Shown one piece after another: positions 48,951-59,821 of a stretch of DNA of 64,000 nt. How positions within the stretch are numbered: position 1 is the first letter of the stretch; every line of letters begins with the position of its first letter. A model generated the notes under the pieces. The model ran no database searches. It saw nothing but the letters and a program-made list of their open reading frames with translations, and had not been told where the DNA came from. This stretch comes from Promethearchaeota archaeon. Its GTDB lineage: Archaea > Asgardarchaeota > Lokiarchaeia > Sigyniarchaeales > SOKP01. The position numbers were made by a program, and so were the translations under genes. The stretch is taken from NCBI GenBank assembly GCA_016839705.1, contig JAEOTR010000017.1, forward strand, positions 32,001 to 96,000, in the 5' to 3' direction.

Positions 48951-49434
48951 AGTGATTAAGAGAGGATAAATTTATAAACTACATAACTTAGTTTTTTGTT
49001 TAAATATACTTTAATAAAATACTCGTTTATATAAATAATTGATTATTAAAAAAAACACCAATTTTTAATAAAGCGATTAATTTACTTCTTTTATTAAATA
49101 GAAGGAATCTCAGATTTAATTTTTCTATTTGGGTTATAGTTTTTTGCTTTTTGGTCTCAATAAAGTCGATATTCTTAGATTAGGATCAATTATTTAATAA
49201 GAAGATCTACTATTCCTCTAATATAATTTAATTAAACATTAAGTTTTTATCCGTTTGAGTTAGTTGGTTTGTTTGGGATTAAGATATCATTCTGGTATTT
49301 GCAGATCTAAAAATAATCATTAATAAGGTTGAGGTTTATCAAAAATAATTTATTTATTTTCATTTTTTTACAATGAATATTTAATAAAAAAGTAAATGAT
49401 AAAATTTTTTTGTTTTAAAAGTTATATCTTAATT

Positions 49435-49617
49435 ATGGATTCAAAAGAAGAGAAAAAAATAATTGAAGAGATCCTAAATCAAAGGAAATTATCATATTCA
49501 ATAGAAATACTAGATGTTCAAGGAGATAAGTATACTGTTCGCAACAACTTTGGTTCTACGATTGTGTTTAGAAAAATAGACAATTCTTATTTGTTAGAAG
49601 ACGAAATAAATAGATAA
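49435..49617 (+). CDS. Small hypothetical protein (60 aa)
   Basis: Protein-like composition from ATG 49435; no motif. Confidence 0.6.
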   Translation: MDSKEEKKIIEEILNQRKLSYSIEILDVQGDKYTVRNNFGSTIVFRKIDNSYLLEDEINR

Positions 49618-49894
49618 ATTATTTGGTTGTAGGGGTATTTTATTTTTTATTTAAATGTAGTTATTTTTTACTTTAGTTAAGAATTTAAGATAAAAATTTT
49701 ATACATACATTAAAGAGAAATAAATAAAAATAATAATTAGTTGATTCAAAATTCGAAGAAGAGGAGTAAGTACAGAGAATACAGAGAATAAAATCATTGA
49801 AAAATTTCGAGCAGTAATCGATGATAATAATTCAGTTTCATTTTATAATAAAAAAAAGAGATCCGTATGTGTCATCAGAAGAGACTTAGCAAAA

Positions 49895-50884
49895 ATGTAT
49901 GAAATTGAAGTAGAAGCCTCAGAAGCTCCAGTTTTAAATAAGATATTAAACGATCCTGAACCATATGAAAGCTCTATGGCAGATGTAAAAATTCTTGAAG
50001 AGGAAATATTTCCAATAAACGAGGCATTCCAGAAAGTTTTTGGTGTGGACAAAGAATTTAAATTGAACTCTATAAAATTAGCTATTGGTAGCAATTATAA
50101 TGATTATGTCACTATTGGGGAAAACGACTTAATTCGCTTTGATGTAAAGCCCACACTTACAGGATTAAATACATTTATTGAAGAAAATAAAGAAAGTATT
50201 CTAGGTTTTTTAGACTGTGAATATGTTAGTGAAGAAGGAAATGTTTTCTATTTAAATTGTAGCAAGAAAAATGTTTCTGAAAATATATTTTCCATTAAGT
50301 TATTAATTCTTGCATCAATGCAACAGAGAGGTTTTTTCCTTCAACAAGAGCATAAGTATTATGGTTTACAACTCTATATTGTTATAGAATCAAGACACCC
50401 AAATGAAAACAAATTACTTGAATTTCTAAAAGAATTGGGATTTGATTGGGAGTTAATATTCTTTCGAAGGGAATTAGCTATTCATGATTGGACTGAAATT
50501 GAATGTGAGAAAAATTCTGAAAATCTTAAAAGTTTTCTACGAACAAAATATGAAACATTGAATTACTTTGATGTAAATAATATCCTTCGTTTAGTTGTTA
50601 AGAACCAATTACCTTTTAAAGTAGCTGATAAAATGGCATCTTTATTGTATAAAATGAAAAATGAAAGAGTTTCTCGATTTCAAGATCGTCGATATCAAGA
50701 AAATGCATATCAAGAAGAACAAGTTCAGCAAGATGAGTACTCAATTACTCTTAAAAAAGCTGAAGTTGCTGCTTCTGCTAAACTTGCCTGTGCCTATTTA
50801 GGAATACAAAAGAAAATTAACTTTGATAGAGATATCTCTATCGAGGAAATTTCGAAGTATGAAGATGAATTAACAAATATATAG
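49895..50884 (+). CDS. Hypothetical protein (frame is open from 49745)
   Basis: Long ORF without recognised motif. Confidence 0.7.
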   Translation: MYEIEVEASEAPVLNKILNDPEPYESSMADVKILEEEIFPINEAFQKVFGVDKEFKLNSIKLAIGSNYNDYVTIGENDLIRFDVKPTLTGLNTFIEENKESILGFLDCEYVSEEGNVFYLNCSKKNVSENIFSIKLLILASMQQRGFFLQQEHKYYGLQLYIVIESRHPNENKLLEFLKELGFDWELIFFRRELAIHDWTEIECEKNSENLKSFLRTKYETLNYFDVNNILRLVVKNQLPFKVADKMASLLYKMKNERVSRFQDRRYQENAYQEEQVQQDEYSITLKKAEVAASAKLACAYLGIQKKINFDRDISIEEISKYEDELTNI

Positions 50885-50936
50885 TGTTTTTTAAAATCTT
50901 CAATTTTAAAAAAAAAAAGAAATTTCCTATTTTTTT

Positions 50937-51932
50937 CTATTCTAATCCATAAGATTGCTTTAATAAAGAATGATTTAGTTTTCCAACAGTTATACTTTTT
51001 CCAGTTATGGTATTAGTAACTGTATATTTTGCAGGAGCAAATAAGCCTGGATCAATGTCGTAAAAGTTATAATTTGCTTCTTTAAACGTTTCTATAAAGG
51101 GTTTTCCATAACTGGAAGATGTGTTAGCTGGAGCTTTCTTAATAAGTTCAAATAATTCCCCCTCTTTTTCTTTTTCAACCTCAATTGTATAATACGTCAT
51201 CCCCGCGGCACTAATAGAATCATTTGTGCGACCCATCGCTCCTAAATCATCTTTAGCAATTGGTGCGATTGTTGTGGTTCCAAAACCATCCTTTATTATA
51301 TCAATCGGAAATTTTATTTCATGTAATTTATGGATTCCAGTTTCTACAATTCTGGCAGCCACTTGAATAGAGCCAGTTAAACACGCTGTTGGGGCACAAA
51401 CAGCATAAGTCTTGTTTGTATCAACTCCACATTTTTCTGCCACAAACTCCATTACTTCTTCATTTGGTAATTTGGAGGTTTCAAAAACGATAACAGCATA
51501 TTCTGAATTATCAGAATAGTTAATTTCATCAAAAAGTTTCTCGACTCTGCTTTTGGCTCGAGCGGGTCCCGAACCTAATGATTGAAAAATTACTTTTTTT
51601 TTCAATTCCCCATTTTTTTCTACTTCCTTTTTCAATTTTACACTCCATCCTGCTAATTGAGAAGCCATACATGATATTAACGGTTCTGAAGTATAGACAT
51701 TAACGCTTGGTATGAAATTATTATCTAAGTTATAATGTGAAAATCTAATAGTCCCTAAACCGCCCATACATATTTCTCCAACTAGTTTTCCGCCTATCCA
51801 TGAAGCTCTTGTTAGATCCAGAACAATGGAGTTATTGCCTAGGGTATGAACCCCAACATTATAAATCTCTTTATGATTAATTATTTTTTCGACAATATTT
51901 TTAGCAAGTTCGTTAATTTGTACATGATGCAC
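50937..51932 (-). CDS. mch: Methenyltetrahydromethanopterin cyclohydrolase
   Basis: EICMGGLG, CMASQLAGW, GSGPARA, APTA.L.GSIQVAARIVETG.HK, MGRTND, FY.IDP.LFAPA. Confidence 0.95.
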   Translation of the reverse strand: MHHVQINELAKNIVEKIINHKEIYNVGVHTLGNNSIVLDLTRASWIGGKLVGEICMGGLGTIRFSHYNLDNNFIPSVNVYTSEPLISCMASQLAGWSVKLKKEVEKNGELKKKVIFQSLGSGPARAKSRVEKLFDEINYSDNSEYAVIVFETSKLPNEEVMEFVAEKCGVDTNKTYAVCAPTACLTGSIQVAARIVETGIHKLHEIKFPIDIIKDGFGTTTIAPIAKDDLGAMGRTNDSISAAGMTYYTIEVEKEKEGELFELIKKAPANTSSSYGKPFIETFKEANYNFYDIDPGLFAPAKYTVTNTITGKSITVGKLNHSLLKQSYGLE

Positions 51933-52056
51933 TTATTTTCACCTTGTTAAATTTACTTTTTTAATTGAGTATTTATTATTATTTTGATATTTTATTTTAT
52001 TATAGTATAGTATATTTTCAATTTTGAATTTATGATTATTTTATTTTATCAAAAAA

Positions 52057-53577
52057 ATGAATGATGAAAATAGCAAATTAGAAAAATTGAATGTTGATCT
52101 TAGAAGGATTAAACATTCATTTTTAAGCTATGTTAAGAATTTAAAAGCTCCTATTCAGGTATATACTCATCTAGATGCTGATGGTATTAGCTCAGGAGCC
52201 ATTCTTGGTAAAATGTTATATCGAGAAAACATTCCCTTTCAAATTACTGTACTAAGACAATTAGAAAGAAGGGAAATTGAAAAAATTTCAGATAAACTTA
52301 AGGATTATAATAATTACTTAATCTTTTCTGATTTTGGAAGTGGTCAATATCAAGAATTACAATCAGAATTGATTCAAAATAGCAATAGCAAGGACTTCTT
52401 AATTTTAGACCATCATATTCCTCAGAATGTTTCTTCAAAAGAAGATCTTAATTTAATTGAAGAAATCCATGAACTAACAAAAGAGTGGCATATTAATCCT
52501 TATTTTTTTGGGATTGACGGAAGTTTAGAAATTTCTGGTGCGGGTTTATCTTATTTTTTTGCTAAATGTGTAAATCCCGAAAACATAGATTTATCTCCCA
52601 TTGCTTTAATTGGAGCTGTCGGAGACATCCAAAATCAAGGATTAAATAAATCATTTCTCGGAGTAAACAAATTGATTTTAGAAGATGCTATGAACTCTGG
52701 AAATATTGAAGTTGTAAATGACTTAAATTTTTCAACATTAAAGCCACTAAATGAAGCAATTGCCTATTCAAAAGAAATTAATCTGCCGGGGTTATCTAAA
52801 GATGTAAATAGAACATTGATTTTTTTAAAGACTAAAGGAATTCTAATGGAAAATTCTGAAGGTAAGGTGAAAACATTGAATGAATTAGATCAAGATGAAA
52901 AACAAAAGATTTCCTCAGCAATTATTGAATATGCCTCTATAAAGCTAGATCTAGAACCTAAAAAAATCATAAAAAAATTAGTTGTGAATAGATATCTCTT
53001 AAAAAATGAGTTGATTGGCTCAGAAATTCATGATATTAAAGAGTTTTCCAATCTTCTAAATGCTTGTGGTCGGACTCATAATGCCTCCTTAGGGATTGCA
53101 ATTGCAATGGGAGATAGAAAGGATATTTATCAGCAATCTAAGGATGTGTTAAACTTATACAGAAAATCACTAGTTGAAAGCCTTTCTTGGATTGAAACCA
53201 ATGATAAAATCCAACATAAAGAATCAATACAATATTTTTTTGGAGAAGATGTAATACCTGAAAGTATTATAGGTACAATAACTTCTATACTAATTTTTGA
53301 ACATGGTAAGGGAGTTGATATTTCAAAACCCATATTTGGATTAGCTAAAAGAAACGATGAGAACGTATATAAGGTTTCAGCAAGAGCGCATGAAAAAATA
53401 GTTAAAGAAGGGGTAAACCTTTCAATAGTCATTAGAAAGGCAAGTAATCTTTCTAATATTGATAGCTTAGGTGGCGGACACCCTCCCGCAGCAGGAACAA
53501 AGATTCCTATTGATAAAGTAGATGAATTTCTAGAAAATTGTAACAAAATAACTCGAAATCAATTACAGAAGGATTAA
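52057..53577 (+). CDS. Archaeal RecJ-like DHH phosphoesterase/exonuclease
   Basis: HLDADG, DFGSG, LDHH, GAVGD, LNACGR, KVSAR, GGGHPPAAG. Confidence 0.92.
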   Translation: MNDENSKLEKLNVDLRRIKHSFLSYVKNLKAPIQVYTHLDADGISSGAILGKMLYRENIPFQITVLRQLERREIEKISDKLKDYNNYLIFSDFGSGQYQELQSELIQNSNSKDFLILDHHIPQNVSSKEDLNLIEEIHELTKEWHINPYFFGIDGSLEISGAGLSYFFAKCVNPENIDLSPIALIGAVGDIQNQGLNKSFLGVNKLILEDAMNSGNIEVVNDLNFSTLKPLNEAIAYSKEINLPGLSKDVNRTLIFLKTKGILMENSEGKVKTLNELDQDEKQKISSAIIEYASIKLDLEPKKIIKKLVVNRYLLKNELIGSEIHDIKEFSNLLNACGRTHNASLGIAIAMGDRKDIYQQSKDVLNLYRKSLVESLSWIETNDKIQHKESIQYFFGEDVIPESIIGTITSILIFEHGKGVDISKPIFGLAKRNDENVYKVSARAHEKIVKEGVNLSIVIRKASNLSNIDSLGGGHPPAAGTKIPIDKVDEFLENCNKITRNQLQKD

Positions 53578-53616
53578 TTTCACATTCTGTTAATCAAACT
53601 GATAAAAGAGATAAAC

Positions 53617-54924
53617 TTAAATGTGATACACCTCTCCCGTTTCAGGAGCTACTGAATTGTAATTTTTAGAAGTTAATTCACTTGCTAAACTAGTTGTTGA
53701 TTTATTATCTCCATGGATACAGAAAATGTCCTTATTTGATTTCCTTTCAAAATTCAATTTTTGAATATAACTATGTATATTTTCGTTATCAGAATGACTT
53801 GAGAAGTCAAAATACTTATAATCACACAATGCTTCGATATGTAAATCCACAGATTTATTTCGATTTCTTTTCAATTCTTTAAATTCAAAAAAACCATTAT
53901 CTATTAATGCTCTTCCCGGTGACCCTTCAACTTGATACCCTACCAGATAAACTGCCGATGTGGTATCAGTTAATATCGATGGGATATAGTCAAGAGCAGC
54001 ACCCCCTTTTAACATACCAGATGGTGATATTATTACCCCATTAGATTGTTTAGCATTATGTCTTATTTTCCGTGTTGATACAAACTGTGCTTTTCGTATA
54101 GCTCTTCTAAATAATTTAATATTTCTTATGAAATCAGGGAAATCTAAATATATTGTGGAAATTTTTCTGGCTAAACCGTCAATAAATATTTTTCCTTTAA
54201 AATTATATTTCTCTAATATTAGTAATGCTTCCTGGGAACGGGCAACACCAAACGCAGGTATTAATACTGTACCTCCATTATCTATGATATTTGTAATTTT
54301 CTCTACAAATTCTATCTCAAGCTGTTCTCGAGGAGGATGCTTCCTAAGGGCATAGGTGGATTCCATAATTAAGGCATCAATTTCAGGGATTTCGGTTGGA
54401 TTTGCAGGATTAATCAAATTAGTTGTTTGAGTATTTATATCTCCTGTATATAGAATCTTTTTGTTATCTACTTCAAGCAAAATAGAGACACTTCCTGGAA
54501 TGTGACCCGCATCCATAAAAGTTATATAAAAATCATCCTCTATTCTCTGACGTGTTTTATTTTTAAGAAAATATGAATTTTGTCGTAAATAATCTAATTC
54601 CCTATATCCAAAAGGATAGGGATAATTTGAGATCTTTATCATATCCCTAATTAAAACTTCTGCTATCGCAAGGGATATTGAATTTGTAAAGAAAGGAACT
54701 GTTTCAGTCTTGTATAAAAAAGGTAATCCCCCTGAATGATCGATATGACTATGAGTTAATGCTATAGCCTTAAGATTATTGATGTGAGCTTTGTGTGGTA
54801 ATCTATCTTCTCCATTAAATCCTATACCATAATCTAAAATGCATTGAGCTCCACTCTTCGATTCTACTAATATTCCAGAACGTCCTATTTCCCTACAACT
54901 TCCTAAGAATGAGATCTTAACCAT
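53617..54924 (-). CDS. Metallo-beta-lactamase beta-CASP ribonuclease (aCPSF2-like)
   Basis: EIGRS, THSHIDHSG, AGHIPG, YTGD, MESTY, PAFGVARSQE, GML.GG, FSSH, IHGD. Confidence 0.92.
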   Translation of the reverse strand: MVKISFLGSCREIGRSGILVESKSGAQCILDYGIGFNGEDRLPHKAHINNLKAIALTHSHIDHSGGLPFLYKTETVPFFTNSISLAIAEVLIRDMIKISNYPYPFGYRELDYLRQNSYFLKNKTRQRIEDDFYITFMDAGHIPGSVSILLEVDNKKILYTGDINTQTTNLINPANPTEIPEIDALIMESTYALRKHPPREQLEIEFVEKITNIIDNGGTVLIPAFGVARSQEALLILEKYNFKGKIFIDGLARKISTIYLDFPDFIRNIKLFRRAIRKAQFVSTRKIRHNAKQSNGVIISPSGMLKGGAALDYIPSILTDTTSAVYLVGYQVEGSPGRALIDNGFFEFKELKRNRNKSVDLHIEALCDYKYFDFSSHSDNENIHSYIQKLNFERKSNKDIFCIHGDNKSTTSLASELTSKNYNSVAPETGEVYHI

Positions 54925-55076
54925 AATAGCTTTAAAAATTATAAAATATCTTAATTTTAAAAACAATTAAATGAATATCAATTTTTTTATAAAATTTCAA
55001 TTGTTGATTTAATTCTTTAAATTTACACGGTTTATTTTTGTATTTAGGTAAAAAAAGGTTAGGTGAAAAAGAGAAG

Positions 55077-55826
55077 TTATTTTATTTTAGTTATAGTTTT
55101 TGTCAATAAGGCGATTACATTATTTACATTTTTACCAAAAATTTCTAGAATTTCTTCCCATGTAACCGGTTCTTCATCTTCTTTCCAACAGTCATAATCT
55201 GTGGACATTGCAATCGCAGCATAGGGGATGCCAGCTTCATTCGCTAAAATTGTTTCGGGAGTTATACTCATATTTATCACGTCTGCACCCCATATTCTAA
55301 ACATTTTTGATTCAGCTCGAGTAGAAAATCTTGGACCTTCAATAGTAACCACTGTTCCTGTTTTATGATACTTAAGACTTAATTCGTTTGCAGTTTCAAT
55401 AAGAATTTCTCTTAATTCTTTAGAATAAGGATCTGCCATTGGAGTATGTTTCATATCCCCAGGAGCAAATTCTTCAAAAAAAGATATTTTTCGGAATCGA
55501 GTAAAATCTATAAACTGATCAAGGATAACGAGATCGCCTCTTTCGATCTCTTCTCTTAAACTTCCACATGCTGTTGTTGCAAGAATATGGGAACACCCTT
55601 GATCTTTTAATGCTTGTATATTAGCTCTATAATTTATTTGCGTTGGGGGGATTGTATGCTCTCTTCCATGCCTAGCTAAGAGGATAACCTCAACATCATT
55701 AATCTTTCCTAGTTTTAAAGGAGAACTAGGCTTTCCATAAGGAGTGTCAACTGCTATATCTTTAGCATCCTTTAAAATTTCCGGATCATCCAATCCAGAG
55801 CCACCAATAATACCTATTTTAACCAT
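55077..55826 (-). CDS. mtaP: S-methyl-5'-thioadenosine phosphorylase
   Basis: [38 protein letters not shown]. Confidence 0.95.
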   Translation of the reverse strand: MVKIGIIGGSGLDDPEILKDAKDIAVDTPYGKPSSPLKLGKINDVEVILLARHGREHTIPPTQINYRANIQALKDQGCSHILATTACGSLREEIERGDLVILDQFIDFTRFRKISFFEEFAPGDMKHTPMADPYSKELREILIETANELSLKYHKTGTVVTIEGPRFSTRAESKMFRIWGADVINMSITPETILANEAGIPYAAIAMSTDYDCWKEDEEPVTWEEILEIFGKNVNNVIALLTKTITKIK

Positions 55827-55979
55827 AACTATTCAACAATTTAGAGTTTTTAACTTATAAAATTTAAAATTTAATAAATTATTTTTTAAAAAACATACCC
55901 AATACTGCTAAATATTAAAAAGTTTTAACTTAATATTGATTAGTGCAAAATATATCTCTAAATTTTAATTGATGGTTTT

Positions 55980-56978
55980 ATGAAAAAAAACAAAGTGCTC
56001 GTACTTGGATCATTGGCTTTTGACTATATTATGAGTTTTAAAGAGAATTTCATTAATGCTGTGTCGATCGACCATGATAAAGAAGAATATCAAAGTACTG
56101 TCACTGCTGATAGTCGTCATAAATTTTTTGGTGGAACCGCTGGTAATATTGCTTATAATCTAGGATTACTCAATATAGCAGAAGTTTCTCTGTTTGGATC
56201 TGTTGGAAACGATTTTGAAACATTGGGATATAAAGACCATATCAAAAAGTTTAGAAATATAAACCTTAAAGTCGATAAGTACGATGAACTTTTCACTGCA
56301 GCTTGTTACATCGTGAATGATATTAAATCTAATCAAATGATTATTTTTCATGGTGGAGCTTTAGATAGGTGTACAGATATCGACTTAACTGCAAAAATCT
56401 CAAATCCAGAAGAGTTCATTTACGCAATAAATTCAACACAAAGTGTAGAAGCTATGACGAATTTTACTATTCAATTAAATAAATTAAATATTCCCTCGAT
56501 ATTTGATCCTGGCCAAGTTACACCTCTTTTCCAGAGAAAAAATCTAAATGATATTCTAAAAAAATCAAATATTTTGATAGGGAATAATCATGAGATAAAA
56601 CAAATTAAAAATAAATCAGGATTATCTGAAGAAACTATACTTGAATATGTTAAAGCAATTATTACTACAAAAGGATCTGAGGGTTCGGAGTTAACCTATA
56701 AAGATCAAAATAAAACAATATATAAAACACAAATTCCTATTGCAACCCCTATAAAAGTTGAAGATACTACTGGGGCGGGAGATGGATATCGGGCAGGAAT
56801 ACTCACAGGTTTAGTGCTTAATATGACATTGTTAGATTCCTGTAGATTAGGTGCTATTATTGGCTCATTTGTAGTTGAAACTATAGGAGCTCAAACACAA
56901 AATTTTAATGTTGAGCAAGTTAGAAAGAGGTTTTTTACTACATTTGGTTATACTCCTACTGAATTGGAAAATGTATAA
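55980..56978 (+). CDS. PfkB family nucleoside/carbohydrate kinase
   Basis: GSLAFD, GGTAGNIA, FDPGQ, TKGSEG, DTTGAGDGY. Confidence 0.92.
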   Translation: MKKNKVLVLGSLAFDYIMSFKENFINAVSIDHDKEEYQSTVTADSRHKFFGGTAGNIAYNLGLLNIAEVSLFGSVGNDFETLGYKDHIKKFRNINLKVDKYDELFTAACYIVNDIKSNQMIIFHGGALDRCTDIDLTAKISNPEEFIYAINSTQSVEAMTNFTIQLNKLNIPSIFDPGQVTPLFQRKNLNDILKKSNILIGNNHEIKQIKNKSGLSEETILEYVKAIITTKGSEGSELTYKDQNKTIYKTQIPIATPIKVEDTTGAGDGYRAGILTGLVLNMTLLDSCRLGAIIGSFVVETIGAQTQNFNVEQVRKRFFTTFGYTPTELENV

Positions 56979-57024
56979 AAAAAAAGGAAGTTCTATTAAT
57001 TGGTTTTTTAAGTATAAATAATCT

Positions 57025-57552
57025 TTATTCTTCAACAGGAATTTTAATTAGGGAAAGAACATTATAGCCGTCTAATTTATCTCTTCCGTGTAAACTTCCT
57101 GTTAATTCTATTACAAAAGCAACACCGTTAACTACTCCCCCTGCTTTTTCAACCAAAGTACATGCCGCTTTTGCTGTACCACCAGTTGCTAATAAATCAT
57201 CAAAAACTAATACTTTTTCTCCTTTTTCAATTGCATCTTTATGCATTTCAATGGTGTCTGTACCATATTCTAGTTCATAAGTTTCACTCAACGTCTCAGC
57301 AGGTAATTTTCCAGGTTTTCTAATTAAAACAAATCCTGCCCCTAATTTGTATGCGATTACTCCCCCCCAAATATACCCTCTTGCTTCAATTGCTGTAACT
57401 TTAGATATCCCCCTATCTTTAAACTGATTTATTATATTGTCGCAAGATTCTTTAAATGGTGCATGAATCTTAGCTAAAGTGGTAATATCTTTAAATTGAA
57501 TTCCTTTAATTGGAAAATCAGGAACATTACGTATATATTTTAAAAGATCCAT
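57025..57552 (-). CDS. apt: Adenine phosphoribosyltransferase
   Basis: PDFP..GI.FKDITT, EARG, RKPGKLP, YELEYG, DDLLATGGT. Confidence 0.97.
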   Translation of the reverse strand: MDLLKYIRNVPDFPIKGIQFKDITTLAKIHAPFKESCDNIINQFKDRGISKVTAIEARGYIWGGVIAYKLGAGFVLIRKPGKLPAETLSETYELEYGTDTIEMHKDAIEKGEKVLVFDDLLATGGTAKAACTLVEKAGGVVNGVAFVIELTGSLHGRDKLDGYNVLSLIKIPVEE

Positions 57553-57803
57553 TTTTTTCTTAAACCTTTAAATTTTTTTTTTTTGTATATTTTCATTTAA
57601 ATTATACTAAATTAAAAATTATGTTTAATTGAATTAAATCATCATTAGATCTTTTTACTCATATACTAAATTCTCTTTTTAAGAATTAGAAAAAATTAAA
57701 TAAAGAAAAAATTATAAAGATTATATAAAATCAATTAATTTAATAGAAAATAATATTAAATTATTAATCTCTTAATTAAAATCCAAAACTAACACACACA
57801 ACG

Positions 57804-58760
57804 ATGAAAGTTCTTCTATTTGGACCTGCAGGTGCAGGTAAAACAAGTTTGATGAGGACAACTTGCTTAGGATATAACTTTATGAAAGTTCTTAATTTAA
57901 AACCAACCAAGGGTGTTTCTAGAGAAAATTTCATTTTCCGAGGCATCTTAGAACTTTCTCTATGGGATTTAGGCGGGCAAGAAAGATATATAGAGCGTTA
58001 CTTTTCAGAATCTCAACGTGAATTGATATTTTCAGAGGTAACAACAGCTGTTTTTATGGTTGATTCTGCAGTTGTAGAGGAGAGTGTTCGTGAGATCTTC
58101 GATAACTTCTTAAAATATTTATTTGAATTTTCCCCAAAAATCGATCGTGCATACGTGTTGTTAAACAAGATTGATTTGCATGATTCAAATGAAGACAAAT
58201 ATTATGAAATTTTATCTAAAGGATTAAATGGGAACTATAAAGATAAAATTTCATTTACACCTGTTTCTGTAAAGGAAGGGAGTGCCCAACATAGACTAAT
58301 TGAGATTTTAGATTTTGAAATCCAAAAGAATACTCTATCAATGCAACGTTTAGGAAAGATTCGACATCTATTAGATGAATTGAAAATTTATACTTTATCT
58401 GAATATATTCTATTTAATCAACCCGATGGTTTAATAATTGCTTCTACTTTTGGTAAATTCGAATCAAAACCTTTACAATTTATGAAATTTGAGATTGGAA
58501 CTTTAGATTCTAATATATACAGCATTTATCAGCAAATTATGGAGTTCCAGAATGTAACCAACCTTTCACCTTTAACTCTATCCACTGTTGTTTATGAATC
58601 AGAGGAATGTTGGATATTGGTGAAAGAAATCATTAATGGTGCAGTTTTAATGGCAGTGACAAGAAATAAACAACCTGAAGTGTTTTCCAGCGTAATGAAT
58701 GCTCTTACGGGGGAAATTTTTGAAAATTTAAAGATCTATTTAAAATCTTCTGAGATTTAG
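57804..58760 (+). CDS. Rag/Gtr1-like GTPase with C-terminal roadblock-like domain
   Basis: KVLLFGPAGAGKTSL, L.PT, F.G.L.L.LWDLGGQERYIERYF..QRELIFSEV, NKID; C-terminal DGLIIAS. Confidence 0.85.
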   Translation: MKVLLFGPAGAGKTSLMRTTCLGYNFMKVLNLKPTKGVSRENFIFRGILELSLWDLGGQERYIERYFSESQRELIFSEVTTAVFMVDSAVVEESVREIFDNFLKYLFEFSPKIDRAYVLLNKIDLHDSNEDKYYEILSKGLNGNYKDKISFTPVSVKEGSAQHRLIEILDFEIQKNTLSMQRLGKIRHLLDELKIYTLSEYILFNQPDGLIIASTFGKFESKPLQFMKFEIGTLDSNIYSIYQQIMEFQNVTNLSPLTLSTVVYESEECWILVKEIINGAVLMAVTRNKQPEVFSSVMNALTGEIFENLKIYLKSSEI

Positions 58761-58813
58761 AAAAAAAAATAGAGATACAAAGAAAATTACTAATTTTCTC
58801 TTATATTTATTAA

Positions 58814-59650
58814 TTATTGTTCTTTATCATGAAGACCAATTTTAGTTAAGAAATGCTGTTTTGCATGATGAGGTCTTCTAACTACGGTATCATTATATTT
58901 TTCAATTTCTCTAGCTTCATCACACATTAATGCTGCAGTTCTCATCATTTCATGGGCAGCAGCTAATAAAGGCATATACTCAGATCGCTCTTTCAATTGA
59001 AAACAAGCTTTCCCTGTAACATTAGATACTGATGCTGCTAGTTCAAAAGCAGCAATAGCCTTAGCTTTTGCATAAGGATTAGAAAATTTAGCAGCTTCTG
59101 TTGCGATGTTCGAATCAATAAGAACTTGAGGTAATGTTGGTGATCTACCTTCGAGCATGTCAAGAATAACTTTATTTAATTCCTCAGCAATAACCTGAAG
59201 TGCTCCAGTGATCGCAAGAACCTTTAATAAATCGGAATTGAATATACTCATCTCAACTATGTCAAGAAAAGGTCTACGTGCCCCAATCATACTGTCACAA
59301 TTTACCAAAAGATAACCCATGTTCTTTTCTTTTATTTCATCTACAGCCTTTTTAGCAGGAGCATCAGAAATTATAATTGTAGGAATACTACCCGCCATTT
59401 CTCGTGCAGATTTTGGTCCGGGCAAAGCGGCATTAGGACTTGACATTATTATCAATTCAGGTCCCCATTTTAACAAATCTTCCATCGTGTTAGTACACAT
59501 CTCTGGAGGGTGCATTTTTGCTCCTGAGGTAACTTCATGTACATTGATTCTAGTAGCTTCAGCGCGCTCATCCATTAAAAAAGCCAACAATAGTGATGAT
59601 CCTATAGTACCATTCTTCAAAATTCCAATCTTAAGTACTTTTTCGCTCAT
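58814..59650 (-). CDS. mtd: F420-dependent methylene-H4MPT dehydrogenase
   Basis: DERA, SGAKM, SPNAALPGP..ARE, DSMIGARR.FLD..EM..FN.D. Confidence 0.95.
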   Translation of the reverse strand: MSEKVLKIGILKNGTIGSSLLLAFLMDERAEATRINVHEVTSGAKMHPPEMCTNTMEDLLKWGPELIIMSSPNAALPGPKSAREMAGSIPTIIISDAPAKKAVDEIKEKNMGYLLVNCDSMIGARRPFLDIVEMSIFNSDLLKVLAITGALQVIAEELNKVILDMLEGRSPTLPQVLIDSNIATEAAKFSNPYAKAKAIAAFELAASVSNVTGKACFQLKERSEYMPLLAAAHEMMRTAALMCDEAREIEKYNDTVVRRPHHAKQHFLTKIGLHDKEQ

Positions 59651-59821
59651 TTTATACAACTCTATTAAATATATTTGATTTAAAATTAAAGAATTAATAC
59701 CTTACAATTTTTCAATGTTTTTATTTTTTTTTTAAAATTTTATATTAAATAGAACGCTATAAGTTAATACGAACTATAAAAATTTCTTATAAAAATAACA
59801 ATTGAAAGGAGTTAAATTAAA

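Noticed and set aside
48951-49434. Longest intergenic region as possible origin or ncRNA
   Set aside because: No ORB-like repeats, no cdc6 nearby, no GC-rich structured segment
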